This document shows, piece by piece, positions 13,699 through 27,575 of a DNA stretch of 64,000 nt. How positions within the stretch are numbered: the first letter of the stretch is position 1; each line of letters starts with the position of its first letter. The position numbers and the translations under genes are program-made. The notes under the pieces are model-generated. The model ran no database searches. It worked only from the letters and a program-made list of their open reading frames with translations, and had not been told where the DNA came from. The stretch is taken from contig CAVNZM010000001.1 of NCBI GenBank assembly GCA_963693365.1, forward strand, positions 1,876,907 through 1,940,906, in the 5' to 3' direction. Source of the DNA: Amoebidium appalachense. Its lineage: Eukaryota > Protista > Ichthyosporea.

Positions 13699-16441
13699 GC
13701 AATATCCCGTGCTGGAAGCTTTTCTGTGGGTACTTATTGACAAACGCAAGAGTGTGTAAGCAACGCATGCACGTATACCACTATTACTATAGGACAAGGG
13801 GGGCTCTATTCGAGCCATAAGGCTGTGGTTTTTTCCTGTGACCCTCTTACTCTAGGGGCTCCTTTGCCATCCCCCCACCTACTGTGGGTGCAATATCCCG
13901 TGCTGGAAGCTTTTCTGTGGTTACTTATTTAAAAACCCAATAATGTGTAAGTAACGCATCCACGTATACTACTATTACTATAGGACAAGGGGGGGCTCTA
14001 TTCGAGCCACAAGGCTGTGGTTTTTTCCTGTGACCCTCTTACTCTAGGGGCTCCTTTCCTACCCCCCCCACCTACTTTGGGTGCAATATCCCGTGCTGGA
14101 AGCTTTTCTGTGGTTACTTATTTAAAAACCCAATAATGTGTAAGTAACGCATGCACGTATACTATCTATTACTACAGGACAAGGGGGGCTCTATTCGAGC
14201 CACAAGGCTGTGGTTTTTTCCTGTGACCCTCTTACTCTAGGGGCTCCTTTCCTACCCCCCCCACCTACTTTGGGTGCAATATCCCGTGCTGGAAGATTTT
14301 CTGTGGTTACTTATCTAAAACCCCAATAATGTGTAAGTAACGCATGCACGTATACTACTATTACTATAGGACAAGGGGGGGCTCTATTCGAGCCACAAGG
14401 CTGTGGTTTTTTCCTGTGACCCTCTTACTCTAGGGGCTCCTTTGCCATCCCCCCCACCTACTGTGGGTGCAATATCCCGTGCTGGAAGCTTTTCTGTGGT
14501 TACTTATTTAAAAGGCCAATAATGTGTAAGTAACGCATCCACGTATACTACTATTACTATAGGACAAGGGGGGCGGTATTCGAGCCACAAGGCTGTGGTT
14601 TTTTCCTGTGACCCTCTTACTCTAGGGGCTCCTTTCCTACCCCCCCCACCTACTTTGGGTGCAATATCCCGTGCTGGAAGCTTTTCTGTGGTTACTATAG
14701 GACAAGCGGGGGCTCTATTCGAGCCACAAGGCTGTGGTTTTTTCCTGTGACCCTCTTACTCTAGGGGCTCCTTTCCTACCCCCCCCACCTACGTTGGGTG
14801 CAATATCCCGTGCTGGAAGCTTTTCTGTGGTTACTTATCTAAAACCCCAATAATGTGTAAGTAACGCATGCACGTATACTACTATTACTGTAGGACAAGG
14901 GGGGGCTCTATTCGAGCCACAAGGCTGTGGTTTTTTCCTGTGACCCTCTTACTCTAGGGGCTCCTTTCCTACCCCCCCCACCTACTTTGGGTGCAATATC
15001 CCGTGCTGGAAGCGTTTCTGTGGTTACTTATCTAAAAACCCAATAATGTGTAAGTAACGCATGCACGTATACTACTATTACTACAGGACAAGGGGGGGCT
15101 CTATTCGAGCCACAAGGCTGTGGTTTTTTCCTGTGACCCTCTTACTCTAGGGGCTCCTTTCCTACCCCCCCCACCTACTTTGGGTGCAATATCCCGTGCT
15201 GGAAGCTTTTCTGTGGTTACTTATCTAAAACCCCAATAATGTGTAAGTAACGCATGCACGTATACTACTATTACTATAGGACAAGGGGGGGCTCTATTCG
15301 AGCCACAAGGCTGTGGTTTTTTCCTGTGACCCCCTTACTCTAGGGGCTCCTTTCCTACCCCCCCCACCTACTTTGGGTGCAATATCCCGTGCTGGAAGCT
15401 TTTCTGTGGTTACTTATCTAAAACCCCAATAATGTGTAAGTAACGCATGCACGTATACTACTATTACTATAGGACAATGGGGGCTTTATTCGAGTCACAA
15501 GGCTGTGGTTTTTTCCTGTGATTCTCTTACTCTAGGGGCTCCTTTCCTACTCCCCCCACCTACTTTGGGTGCAATATCCCGTGCTGGAAGCTTTTCTGTG
15601 GTTACTTATTTAAAAACCCAATAATGTGTAAGTAACGCATGCACGTATACTATATATTACTACAGGACAAGGGGGACCTATTCGAGCCACAAGGCTGTGG
15701 TTTTTTCCTGTGACCCTCTTACTCTAGGGGCTCCTTTCCTACTCCCCCCACCTACTTTGGGTGCAATATCCCGTGCTGGAAGCTTTTCTGTGGTTACTTA
15801 TCTAAAACCCCAATAATGTGTAAGTAACGCATGCACGTATACTACTATTACTATAGGACAAGGGGGGGCTCTATTCGAGCCACAAGGCTGTGGTTTTTTC
15901 CTGTGACCCCCTTACTCTAGGGGCTCCTTTCCTACCCCCCCACCTACTTTGGGTGCAATATCCCGTGCTGGAAGCTTTTCTGTGGTTACTTATCTAAAAC
16001 CCCAATAATGTGTAAGTAACGCATGCACGTATACTACTATTACTATAGGACAAGGGGTGCTCTATTCGAGTCACAAGGCTGTGGTTTTTTCCTGTGATTC
16101 TCTTACTCTAGGGGCTCCTTTCCTACTCCCCCCACCTACTTTGGGTGCAATATCCCGTGCTGGAAGCTTTTCTGTGGTTACTTATTTAAAAACCCAATAA
16201 TGTGTAAGTAACGCATGCACGTATACTATCTATTACTACAGGACAAGGGGGCTCTATTCGAGCCACAAGGCTGTGGTTTTTTCCTGTGACCCTCTTACTC
16301 TAGGGGCTCCTTTCCTACTCCCCCCACCTACTTTGGGTGCAATATCCCGTGCTGGAAGCTTTTCTGTGGTTACTTATTTAAAAACCCAATAATGTGTAAG
16401 TAACGCATGCACGTATACTACTATTACTACAGGACAAGGGG
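13699..16441. repeat. Tandem satellite, ~192-bp unit, ~14.5 copies
   Basis: GCAATATCCCGTGCTGGAAG recurs 15 times at ~191-193 bp spacing; one unit (14661-14799) is ~54 bp short. Confidence 0.96.
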
Positions 16442-16550
16442 TGTGCTTGTTTAGATTAACATCAAACGAATGGTGTTCACACACACACACAGAGACACAA
16501 ACCAAAACACAGACGCACACACGGACACACATACACACAGTCACACACAC

Positions 16551-16672
<122 letters not shown>

Positions 16673-16742
16673 ACACACACAGACACAGACACTGAATGGT
16701 GTTCACACACACACAACTTTCATTGCCTGAGGCCCAGGGGCA

Positions 16743-16773
<31 letters not shown>

Positions 16774-16821
16774 GTGGGACAGGGAGGCCTGTGGAAGGTC
16801 ACCATTAGTTTTAAAAACCTT

Positions 16822-16855
<34 letters not shown>

Positions 16856-17489
16856 CGCGTGCACGTGTGCACATGTTGGTGAATGCGAGCCAGACGCCCA
16901 CAAGTGCCCGGGGGGGGGGGGGGGGGGGAGGGGGGGGGGGAGGAGAAGGGGGGGTGGGGGGGTGGGAAGGGGGGATTTGGCCTGAAGGTTGCACAGATTG
17001 GGTCAACGGAGAAAAGAGGCAAGATAATGTTTGAGAGGTTGTGAGCAAAGCACACACGAGGTATATGGCCCTGCACCGCGGTAGTTTTGGCCTCACTGTG
17101 CCTTTATTAAAAGGTATCGCCCAAAACATTGCATTTTTTTTCTTCTATGTACACAGTAAAGAGGGAGCAACCTCTTGTCACCTTCCACATAAACACGAGC
17201 TATGTACAGCACTGTAAACCCAATATGTCTCAAAAGTATAACTCAAGCTAAGCCCCCCCCCCCCCCCCCCCCCCCCTCCCTCCCCCCCCCCCCCCCTCCC
17301 CCCCCCTCCCCCCCCCCCCCTCCCCCTCCCCCCTCCCCTCCCTCCCCCCCCCCCCCCCCCCATCCACCTAACGAACTACCACCATCACCTAACACCAATC
17401 CACCCACACATGCATGCACCGAAACCGCATGCTCAACAGAAGCTATGTGATACAAATAGTTTCTCAACACAACATTGCAATATGTCCAA

Positions 17490-18512
17490 CTAGAACGCAG
17501 GGACAAGAAGCATTCTAGCTACCGGCCCGTTCTTACTCCTAAAGTACCGACTTAAGTTCTCCATAGAGATGGTAAATTCATGCTCTGGGCCACTCGGGCG
17601 TAGTTGCTCATCCAGCACCCGGATTTGGAGTGCTGGGGTCCGGTCCTCACCACCACCGGACCTAACATCCACCCGGGCCACAACCTCCATGTGCACCCAC
17701 TCACTTGCAGTCTTGTTTCGGTTGGGGATGCCGTGCACCAGCCTGACTTCATGTGGCTCCACCACACACTCGGCCGGCTTATCCATCCAGCGCACAAAGT
17801 CCTCCTTGGTGGCCTGCCTCCTCCCTGCAAGCTGGGGGCACCGAGGGCTCCGATGGCGTGGCTGCTTGCAGATACGGCAGCCACTACTGCGAGATGATGT
17901 GGCAGTGCGTAGGCTGAAAGGGCAATAGTAAGCAACCGTCCCGCAGCCCCATAAGTTCACATGATGCACACGGAAGGGGTGTGTAGTGCATTAGCATGCA
18001 GGTTTTCGTTGTGTGTTCCCGGGTGTGTGGATGGAATCGGATGTCATGATGTCCTAGTTCATGTTTGGAAGGTATTATGGTACTTTGAATGCTGTGTGCG
18101 GGGGGGGGGGGGGGGGGGGGGGGGAAGGGGGAGGGGTGGAAGGGTTACTCCTGCCAGTGTGCCCACAGTAATTTACCGGGTAATTGAATAGAAGTGAGTG
18201 TTGCATGCTTGTAGTTGTGTGTCTTCGGGTTTTTAATCTTGGGGGCTAGGGGCAAGCCAGATACTGCAGTTGATAGAGAAAAAGATGACGGTAAGAATAG
18301 GAGGAAGGGAGTCAGATGGGACGAGGATCCAGTGCCGGTGAGGGGGGAGGGGGAGGGGGAGGGGGAGGGGGCGGAGAGAGCGAGGTGGAGGGGGGAGGGG
18401 GGTGGAGAGCAAGGGAGGGTGGGGGGAGTTGGGGAAGATGGGGGGGGGGGGGGGGGGGGGGGGAGGAGGAGTAAGTGTGTGTGTGTGTGTGTTTGTGTGT
18501 GTGTGTGATTTT

Positions 18513-18543
<31 letters not shown>

Positions 18544-20301
18544 GAGGGCGGGGAGGGGGGGAATACCATTGCGTGCCACCATGGGCAGCAGCTTCTGTAA
18601 GGGGGGCGCCGACATGCAGGCTGGCAGCACCTAAAGCAGCAGCAGCATCCGCTTCGGTCATCTGGGGCCCACTGGTGTGGCCGACCAGGGACCTCATGAT
18701 GCCTTGCACACTCGACAGCAGCGCTGCATAACCGGAGGCATCCACCTGGCTAGCTGCTGCCTTGGCTTTCTGTATGCAGTGACGGTGCTGGGCATAGGGT
18801 GCCTGCCGACCCTTACGCATCTTTTGCCGAGGGAGAACGAATGCACCGTCCTTCTTCTTCACCTCAGCAAACTCGGCTTCTAGGCGTTGCAGCGCCATTT
18901 TGAGTCGCTTGGGGTTGGACTTGGGGTTGGATTTCACACCGTCCATCACAGTGGATAGACCGTCCAACTCTGCTTCCAAGACGGGTTGTGGCGTTTGCAG
19001 CATCACCCCTGCACCCCCTGCAGCCACATAGTAGGGCCCGGTTGGCATGCTGATGAATACTAGAACAGCTGGGTGTATTCCCCTCCCTCCACCCCACCTC
19101 CCCCATCTCCCAACCTGCCAACCTCTTCAACTCTTCCCTCCCCCCACCCTCCCCCCAACATTTCCCCATGTCCAAACATCCACCCCTCTTGTATCCTTCC
19201 TTGCACCGCCCCCCCCCCCCCCCCCCTCCCCCCCCCCCCCCCTCCCCCCACCTTGTTAGCTCTCCCCCCCCCCACCTTCTAACTACCCTCCTCCCTCCCC
19301 CCCCCCCCCCCCACATCCACCTATCCCCCTACCTCCCCCCCCCCCCCCAAAAAAACAAAAACAAAAAAAACACACACACACACACACACCTCCCCCTCCC
19401 CCCCCCCCCTTTCCCGGTAACTACACCCACACCGTAACTACCGTAACTACCCCCCCCCCCCCCCCCCCATTTCCCATCTCCATACATCCCCCCCTCTTAG
19501 TATCCTTGCACCGTCCCCCCCCCCCCCCCCCCCACATCTACCCATCTCCGGTAGCTCCCCCCCCCTCCCCCCCACCTTCTAACTACCCTCCCCCCCCCTC
19601 CCCCCCCCCCCCCCCCCCCTTGGGAGGGCATCCACCCATCTCCCTATCTCCCCCAAATCCCTTCAACCCCCCTCCTTCCCCCCCCCCCCACACAACAACA
19701 CACACACACACACACCTCCCCCCCCGCCCCACCACCGTAACTACCCCCCCCCCTTCCCCCACAGGCCCCCCCAACCCTCCCCCCCCACATTTCCCATCTC
19801 CATAAATCCCCCCACTTAGTGTCCTTGCCCCCCCCCCCCCCCCCCCCCCAAACATCTACCCACTCCGTTAGCCCCCCCCCCCCCCCCCCCCCCCAAACAC
19901 ACACACACCTCCCCACCCCCTCCTACCTTCTATCTAACCTCCCCCTCCCCCCCCCCCTTCCCCCACATTTACCCATCCCCCCCCCCCCCCCCCCCCCATG
20001 CCCCTTTCCCCCCATCTTAATGCATGGCATGTGGCCCTCAACGAAAATACTAATGCCAGCACTCAGGTCTCCTCTCAGTTAGGATCCCTTACCCTGCATC
20101 CCGGAGGAATACGTGGCGGAAGGGGGCATTGACTGCCCGATAGAATCACTGTTGGCCGGCTGCAAGGAGGCATGCGCTGTGTCTGTAGGGCACATATGAT
20201 GGGCATTCATTAGTGTGGCTACGGGGATCACAAAAAGAGTAATCATCAGAAAAAGTGAAGAAATCTGAAAAAAGATACATCCTCAGAAACAAGCAATAAG
20301 C

Positions 20302-20332
<31 letters not shown>

Positions 20333-20558
20333 AGTGGCCCCCCTTCCCCCCCCCCCCCCCCCCTCCCATCTTCCGTACTAGCCTAGCCCTATGCCTGAAA
20401 ACCATTACGTCATCAGTATCAACCAAAACGATTCCTATCAACCATTACGTCATCTGTATCAACCAAAACGATTCCTATCGCAATTACACCAAAATATGTC
20501 AGCAACATCCAAATGGTGGTGGTGGTGGTTGTGGGGTTGGGGGGAGGGGTGGGTGGGT

Positions 20559-20600
<42 letters not shown>

Positions 20601-23460
20601 GGGTCACAAAATGAAGAGCACTACAACCCTTCTACAGACTACATGCAGTGAAGCACAGACACTGGACATGCTACTCACACAAATGTAGATGTGTTAGAAC
20701 ACATACCATGGTTCTGGGAATCCCACACTGGAAACGGGACCTGAGGCAGGGCAAAACCCAATGCACGCAGCCTGTCGCAGTCCCCAAACAAGTGCAGGGT
20801 CATCCGGGCCGACTCTCCATGCCCGCACGCAGCTTTCAGCTTGCTGAACTTGTGGGCAGTGAGGTCACCTGCGTCGGCCCCTTCGGGCACAATAACCTCG
20901 TAGGTGGTTGTGAATGCCTTCTTGAATCGGGGGTGGAAGTTGCGGTGGTCGAAGTGGTTAGGGTGGCAGGCGATGGTGTGAGGACACATGACGCCAGTGT
21001 TGACCTCCAACATACATGTGCACACGAACAGCAATGGGTGTCCGGCCTGGACGCCACTGGGTGCCATGGACATGACATAGTGTGTCGATTCCCGTGTCAT
21101 TTCCTGAACTGTCACATGCCATGCCCCCACAACATCCCAGCCTCGTGGAATCTTGGGGGCCAACTCCTCTGGCATGCTATGCTCCTCCACCTTGTTGCAG
21201 TGGATCTGGGCTATGCCTAGGTTGGCATCGAAGACGTCGTAGGCCCGCTTGCTGAACAGTTGGGCGCATTGGACTAATGGGGGAGGTTTGTTGAACCGTT
21301 GCAGCAACACTTGGTCGGCCTGTGAGATTGGGATGTTGAGCGACTCCTTGAGTGCCTTGTCGTCAGCCTTGATGCACTCCTGCTCATACCGGCCAACCTT
21401 ATTCACAGCATCAGCAATGTCGATGCCGACCCCCTGCACGGCCTTGAACTTGTGCAGAGTGCCCTCGGTGACGCTTGTGCCCACCAGACCGTCCGTGAAG
21501 AAGTGATTTCGGAAGGGCCTAGACCAGAGGTGCACACGATCCAGGAACCATTGGTTCACATATCTGTGCAGAAGGATTATATTAGCTTTAGCGACTCAAC
21601 TCACACAATAGCTCCTAGGTGCATACTGGGAACTGTCTTCTGTATCCTGTTGCATGCACTGCCATCAACTAGCTGTAACAGGCATACTACCTCAGGGAGC
21701 ATGTGTGTGGGTGTGGGCCAAAAATAAGGATACAAGTGACACACAAGTGATATACCGTGATCAACTCTCATTTTACGGCACGTGTCTCATTCGTGCATAC
21801 CCTGTGCAGTGTGACAGCAAGCCGGCATAGGATGTACCCCTGTGACCTCACCCTACTACATAACCGTTGGTGCTGTGTAAATGGATTGCAACATGAAATG
21901 AAGAAGGGTGGAAGCGAACTAATCATGGAAACTGGGGGGGGGGGGGGGGGGGAGGGGGGGGCACTTACTGTCCATAGTCCGATGTCAAGTCAAGCAGACC
22001 AATGAACTCCTGCTTGAGGCGGTCCAGAGTACGCATGTCCGTACATGAACCCATGTCGGAGTACAGGCGCTGCAAGTGGTTCTTGGTGGCATCGGTGAGG
22101 GGTGCAGACGCAAGACGCGACGCAAAGTTGCGATTCTTGTGTGGCAGGCAGTTGAAGTGGCTGTTGGCCCCAAGAACAGCCCTAGTGTTCTCAGTGCCCG
22201 CTATTTGGTTGTCTGTGCACGGCAGGGTTAAGATGTTAGTGGTATGCCGGTTGTCATTTGCCCCCTGGCGTTGTATAAGGAAGAAAGAAGATACTACAGA
22301 GAAGAAAAACAAGAAAACCGTCTCTTAGTGATCACTACGTGTGTTTGCTCTTGTATTCTCTAGTAGGCAAGGGAAAGGAAATCGCTAAATCTGCTCCTGC
22401 GTGCACCTTGGCTGCAAATTCAAATAGGTGAGTTGTGTGTGTGCACGTGGTTTTGAATACGGGTGTGGGTGCGTGTGTGCGTGTGCGCGCGTGTGTGCGG
22501 CACGGTGCATGCGTGCATGTGCGCGCGGGCATGTGTGCGTGCGCGTGCGTGCCTGTGTGCTTGTGGAAAAAAAAAAAAAAGAGGGGGGGGGGGGGGGGGT
22601 GTAACTAAGAAGGCGGGGGGAGGGGGGGGGGGGGGGGGATAACCTACCGACATCAGCCTCGTCGGTTATGATGGAATCCACAGCCCCGGGTTCAATGGAA
22701 AGACCAACCTCGCCCAGGATTTCTAGGGCGCTCTTTAGAATCCATCGAGTGATGGCCTTGCTCTCGGACTTGGTAAATGCGTAGATGGCTATTTGGGTAG
22801 CGGCCAGTGTGTCTCGGACCGAAATGAGAGTGGGGGTGGGGGTGGGGGTGGGGGTGGGGGTGGAGGGTGTTTGTGTGTGTGTGTGGGTTGGGGGGGGGGG
22901 GGGGGGGGGGGGAGGTGGAGGGGTAGAAGGGTGTTGAGGCAAAGCGAGGAGAGTGTGAGCGAATGAATGAGTGATGCAGGATACCTATAGGGAATAGTAA
23001 TATGCAAACTGGTATGTGTGAAGCACATGAGGGGATGCCCACCTGATGTCTGAAGGTGACCCAGCATTTGACAACGAAAAAAGCCGCATGTACTGCTCTT
23101 TAGGAAGCGCTTCTAGCTCGTCGCAAAGGGCTTTGCCATTTTGCCGCCGATGGGCTTCGTACAACTCTGGGCCCGGGCAACAGCCATTGCCGTGCTCCAG
23201 AACGGTCTTGGTGCGACGATAGGGCTGGTCGTGAACATTCGCCACTCCCTTTCTCACTGGGTGTGCATAGACCCTGAACGTGCAACTGACCCCGTCTACG
23301 CATTGAAACAGCCCCTTCTTCGTGGCAGGCACACCCGGGCACGTGAGTTTGATCATCCCCGTGCTATCGGTTTGGGCAGTTGAGACGTAGTGGCGGCCAG
23401 CGGCATAGGACCGTACACACTCGATGAAGGCAGCACGATTGGGGAACTCCATAGGGAGAT
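17490..23460 (-). CDS. Intron-containing MULE/Mutator-like transposase (FAR1-like N-terminal zinc domain, DDE core, SWIM finger, C-terminal CCHC)
   Basis: Approximate exon blocks: 23452-23043 (C...CTFRVY...EHGNGC); 22820-22645 (SESKAITRWIL...IITD); 22270-21969 (HFNCLPHKNRN); 21560-20720 (WFLDRVHLW...TSVTEGTLHKFK, SWIM CTC...GVMCPH); 19048-18565; 17915-17490 (CRICKQPRHRSPRC). Exon boundaries not fully resolved; further upstream exons possible to ~24830. Confidence 0.8.
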
Positions 23461-24128
23461 CTGCTGATGCAAGAAAAGAGAGTCAGATAAAGATTAAACA
23501 CAATAGGTGGTCTGTATCTAAGGGTGAAGCAGAGCAGGGAATGAACAAGTGTAAGGGTTATGAAGGAGGAGTGCCTGTGGTATGTCCATGTGAGTGTGGG
23601 ACAGTCAACAAAACGAGGTGACACGCAAAATGACAACCCACCAACTTTAATCAAGAAAGTAGCCACAGGGAAGGGGCAGGCCCCCCACATCTGCCCTAAA
23701 CACATCTAGCTTCAAGTCCGACGTTTGTGAGAGTGAAAGTACACACTCTTGGCACGGGGAAGTGGGGGTGCCGGGGGGGGGGGGGGGGGGGGGGGGGGGA
23801 GGGGGGGGGGAAGGGGTATATCCTGCAATGCTTTAACATACATATGTTTGTGTGTTCTTATGATAGAAGCAGGGAACACACACATACCTTCCATTGCCGG
23901 GCCACGGTTCACTGGGGCTTGCTGGTAGGAGTGTGTGGGATTGGGGTCTGAGCCAGCAGCCAGCTGTTCCAAATTAACCCCTGCAGCATGCATCGTGTTA
24001 AAATGAATGTGTTTACAGTGTGGATGTGTGCACTGTGTTTGCGTATGCTTGTGCATGCGTGCACTGCAGCAGCGATTGTGTGCGCGTGCACGCGTACCAT
24101 GCGTGTAGTGTGTGTGTGTGTGTGTGGT

Positions 24129-24166
<38 letters not shown>

Positions 24167-24182
24167 CATGCGTGCGTGTGTG

Positions 24183-24300
<118 letters not shown>

Positions 24301-24581
24301 TGTGTATGTGTGTGTTTGTGTGCATGTGTGTGTGCATGTGTGTGCCTGTATGTGTGTGTGCATGTGCGCTGCCAAGGCAAAGCTTCGTGGCGATGGAGTG
24401 AGTCTGTGTGTGGTTGTGAAAGGGTGGGTAGGTTATAGAGTGAGAAGAGAGAAGGGAGAGGGGGGGAGGGGGGGAGGAAAGGGGAGAAAGAGAGAGGAGA
24501 GAGAGTGTGTGTGCGCGCGTGATGTGTGATTGTGCGAGTCTGTGTGTGTTTTGCTCAAAGAGGGCGGGGGCGGGGGCCGCA

Positions 24582-24621
<40 letters not shown>

Positions 24622-25352
24622 GGGGGGCAGCGGTTGTATGGAAGGAGGACAGGGGACACACCGGGAATGGGCATGGGGCTTGGCTGTAGAGACACGGGTT
24701 GTAGACTCTGTAGAACCCATGAAGGTGGTGCCGCTGGCTGATTCACTGGACCAACAACTAGTGAACACATATTTCCTTATGTTGCCTACACCGAACCCAG
24801 GTGTGCTCTTGCACACTTCTTGCGCCACGGGTAGTGTGACTTAAGAATTCATCCAAAACCATAGTGTGATACAGTTAATACATTTGTACGTTATCTCGTA
24901 TAAAGCATTGTACAGTACGAAAAGGGGGGAGGGGGGGTAGGGGGGGAGAAGGAGGGGAGGGGGGATAGCACAGTAGAGTAGGAGGAATAAGAGCTGCACA
25001 GAAGTCTAAGACGGACAGTGTTTTGCAATTGTGCAAAAAGGGCGCACTCCCTCACGGGGGGTCCGGTCATTGCGGAGGGGGCGAATTCAGTGCTGTCAGT
25101 GGGGGGAGGGAGGGTGGGGGGTGGGGAGAGGTTGGTGCGTTATAAAGTACGAAGTACACACCAACAACAGACGGGGAGGGGAGGGGTGGAGGAGGGGGGG
25201 GGGGGGGTGGACACCTTCCATGTGTTCGATGAGTGGGATGAGTGTGTGTGTGGCACGTGTACGTGAAGAAAGCAGAGGAGAGAAGCAGAGGAGCGGGGGG
25301 AGGGGGTGGGGGGGATGAGTGTGTGTGTGGCACGTGGATGCGGTGTGTGTGT

Positions 25353-25404
<52 letters not shown>

Positions 25405-25469
25405 TTGGGTGAGCGGCACACGTATGTGCATGGTGTGTGTGTGTGTGTGTTTTCTTTTTTTTTTCCTTT

Positions 25470-25500
<31 letters not shown>

Positions 25501-25752
25501 GGGAGAGGGAGGGGACTCTTGCGCAAGCAGCAAACAATCATATGTGAGTTTGTGCCCGTGCGGTGCAAACACGTCTTTGAGTGTCTGAGTGTACGGTTGC
25601 ATGCACAGCTCTTTATGAGTGTAAGGACAGGTTTTCAAGGCACATGAAGGGAAGGGGGAAACCAAGCACACACCTTGCACAGGGGCTGTTGCAGACAGCA
25701 CGTTCACTCGAGAATGTGTGGATCATGATGCGAAGGAGGAGAGACCTGAGGA

Positions 25753-26635
25753 TGCAAGCTTGTAAGGGTCTAAAATTCCCTGCTGACGTGCACAAGAAGA
25801 GAAGGAAGTGGGCGGGAGAGCTGTGGGGGAAGATGATGGTGTTGGGCGCGGGGGGGGGGGGGGGGGGGGAGGAGGGGGGGTGGGGGGAAGGGGAAGAAAG
25901 GGAGGGGGTGTTTTGGGGGGAAACGCCGGGAAGGGAGGGAGGAGGTTGGGGGGATGATGGGGAGGCAAGGGGAAGAGGGGGGAGTGAACGGGGGAGGAAG
26001 GGGGTGGGAGGGGGGAGTGAATGGGGGAGGAAGGGGTGGGAGGGGGGAGCGAATGGGGGAGGAAGGGGGTGGGGGGGGGGGGGAGAGAGGATGGAGGAGG
26101 AAGGGGGGGGGGGGGGGGGGGGGAGACGATGGAGGAGGAAGGGGGTGGGGGGGGGGGGGGGGGGGGGGGAGGGGAGGGGAGAGGGAAGGGGAAACAGGCA
26201 TGTGCAAGCTTGTGAGGGTCTAAAATTCCCTGCTGACGTGCACAAGAAGAGAAGGAAGAGGGCGGGAGAGCTGTGGGGGAAGATGGTGTTGGGCGCGGGG
26301 GGGGGGGGGGGGGGGGGGGAGGGGGGGGGAGGAGGGGGGGGTGGGGGGAAGGGGAAGAAAGGGAGGGGGTGTTTTGGGGGGAAACGTCGGGTTGGGGGGA
26401 GGGGGTTGGGGTTGGGGGGATGATGGGGAGGCAAGGGGAAGAGGGGGGAGTGAACGGGGGAGGAAGGGGTGGGAGGGGGGAGTGAATGGGGGAGGAAGGG
26501 GGTGGGAGGGGGGGGGGAGAGAGGATGGAGGAGGAGGAGGGGGGGGGGGGGGGGGGGGGGGGGGAGACGATGGAGGAGGGAAGGGGTGGCGGGGGGGGGG
26601 GGGGGGAGGGGAGAGGGAAGGGGAAACAGGCATGC
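25753..26635. repeat. Tandem duplication of a ~450-bp G-rich (intron-like) unit
   Basis: GGGTCTAAAATTCCCTGCTGACGTGCACAAGAAGAGAAGGAAG at ~25766 and ~26216; GAGGGAAGGGGAAACAGGCATG at ~26181 and ~26613. Confidence 0.8.
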
Positions 26636-27305
26636 ACACCTTGCGTCGTCGTCTGAGAAGGAAAAGGTCTCCACCTGGGCCATACTGCCGGCGAGGACGC
26701 GTGGGAGGCATCTGAAAGGACACACTGCATTAGCTGGCGTCTTGCAAAGGAGTGTCTGTTGTGTATGTAGCTGTTTTACCTGAGAGGGGCACAGATGACC
26801 TGCAGCCACCGGGGTGGAACGGCCAAGTATCTGCAAGAAGTTTGTCAGTTCTGTTACTCCAGCTAAGCGAGGTGACAGAAATGACATGTGAGTACTACCC
26901 AGAGGACGGTAAGCGACAGCTGCTGCGGCCATTCTTTTGCGGCCAGCGCGAGCGGCAGTGCACAGCACCACAACATTTTGAAAAACGGCTTTTTGTAGGC
27001 GAGGCAATAGAAAACGGTCCGTTGTTTATTTACAAAAGCGCGCGGAAAGTGTTGGCGCCAAAAAACAAAGAGGCAGTGTGTGGTGCGAAAAAAGCGCGAA
27101 AAAAAAGCTAAGTGTGGGGGATGAAGAGTGGTATGCAGAAAAAAGAAATACGTATATGTGATTGGCACATGGTCACAGCATGCTTTCTCAGAAGGGTGCA
27201 AACTAGATCGAACATGATGGATTGGATGAAAGTGGCTCCCCAATGAAAACCCTCCAATATAGAGTGTACTGATAGTCCTACATCAGATACCCATACTTGT
27301 GCCAT

Positions 27306-27481
27306 GAGATAGAGGGGTCGCGGGTTCAAATCCCGTCGGGATCATCTTTTTCTCATCCTCTTCTCGCTGGGGTAAAAGCCAGCACGCCTATACTGGCGTC
27401 ATCACAACCATCGGCAGTGGTTAGGTTGTGATCTCAAGGCTAGCAAGATCGCTAGTCTCTGCACCAGGACAAAATCCAAAA
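27306..27481 (+). mobile_element. 5'-truncated LTR of the tRNA-carrying TRIM (3' half of tRNA plus LTR end)
   Basis: Matches 35147-35322 with one visible substitution and ends at the same ...AAAATCCAAAA terminus. Confidence 0.9.
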
Positions 27482-27575
27482 TTGAACCGTCTTCCTTCAC
27501 GTGTGGTCTTCTACTACGGCTGGGGCCCTGGACAGCAGATGCATCTACACTGCCTCCCGGCTGGAATGATTAATT

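Noticed and set aside
13699-16441. CRISPR array, 5S/SL RNA array or hammerhead-ribozyme repeat
   Set aside because: Whole units are near-identical with no unique spacers; no 5S, Sm-site or CTGANGA/GAAA core seen on either strand.
25613-27007. Long Pro/Gly-rich or HT/VC-repeat ORFs (also 3432-4241, 16374-17129, 23712-24661)
   Set aside because: Translations of homopolymer and (CA)n tracts, not credible proteins.
26990-27120. Candidate MULE terminal inverted repeat
   Set aside because: No inverted partner found on the other side of the transposase within the window.
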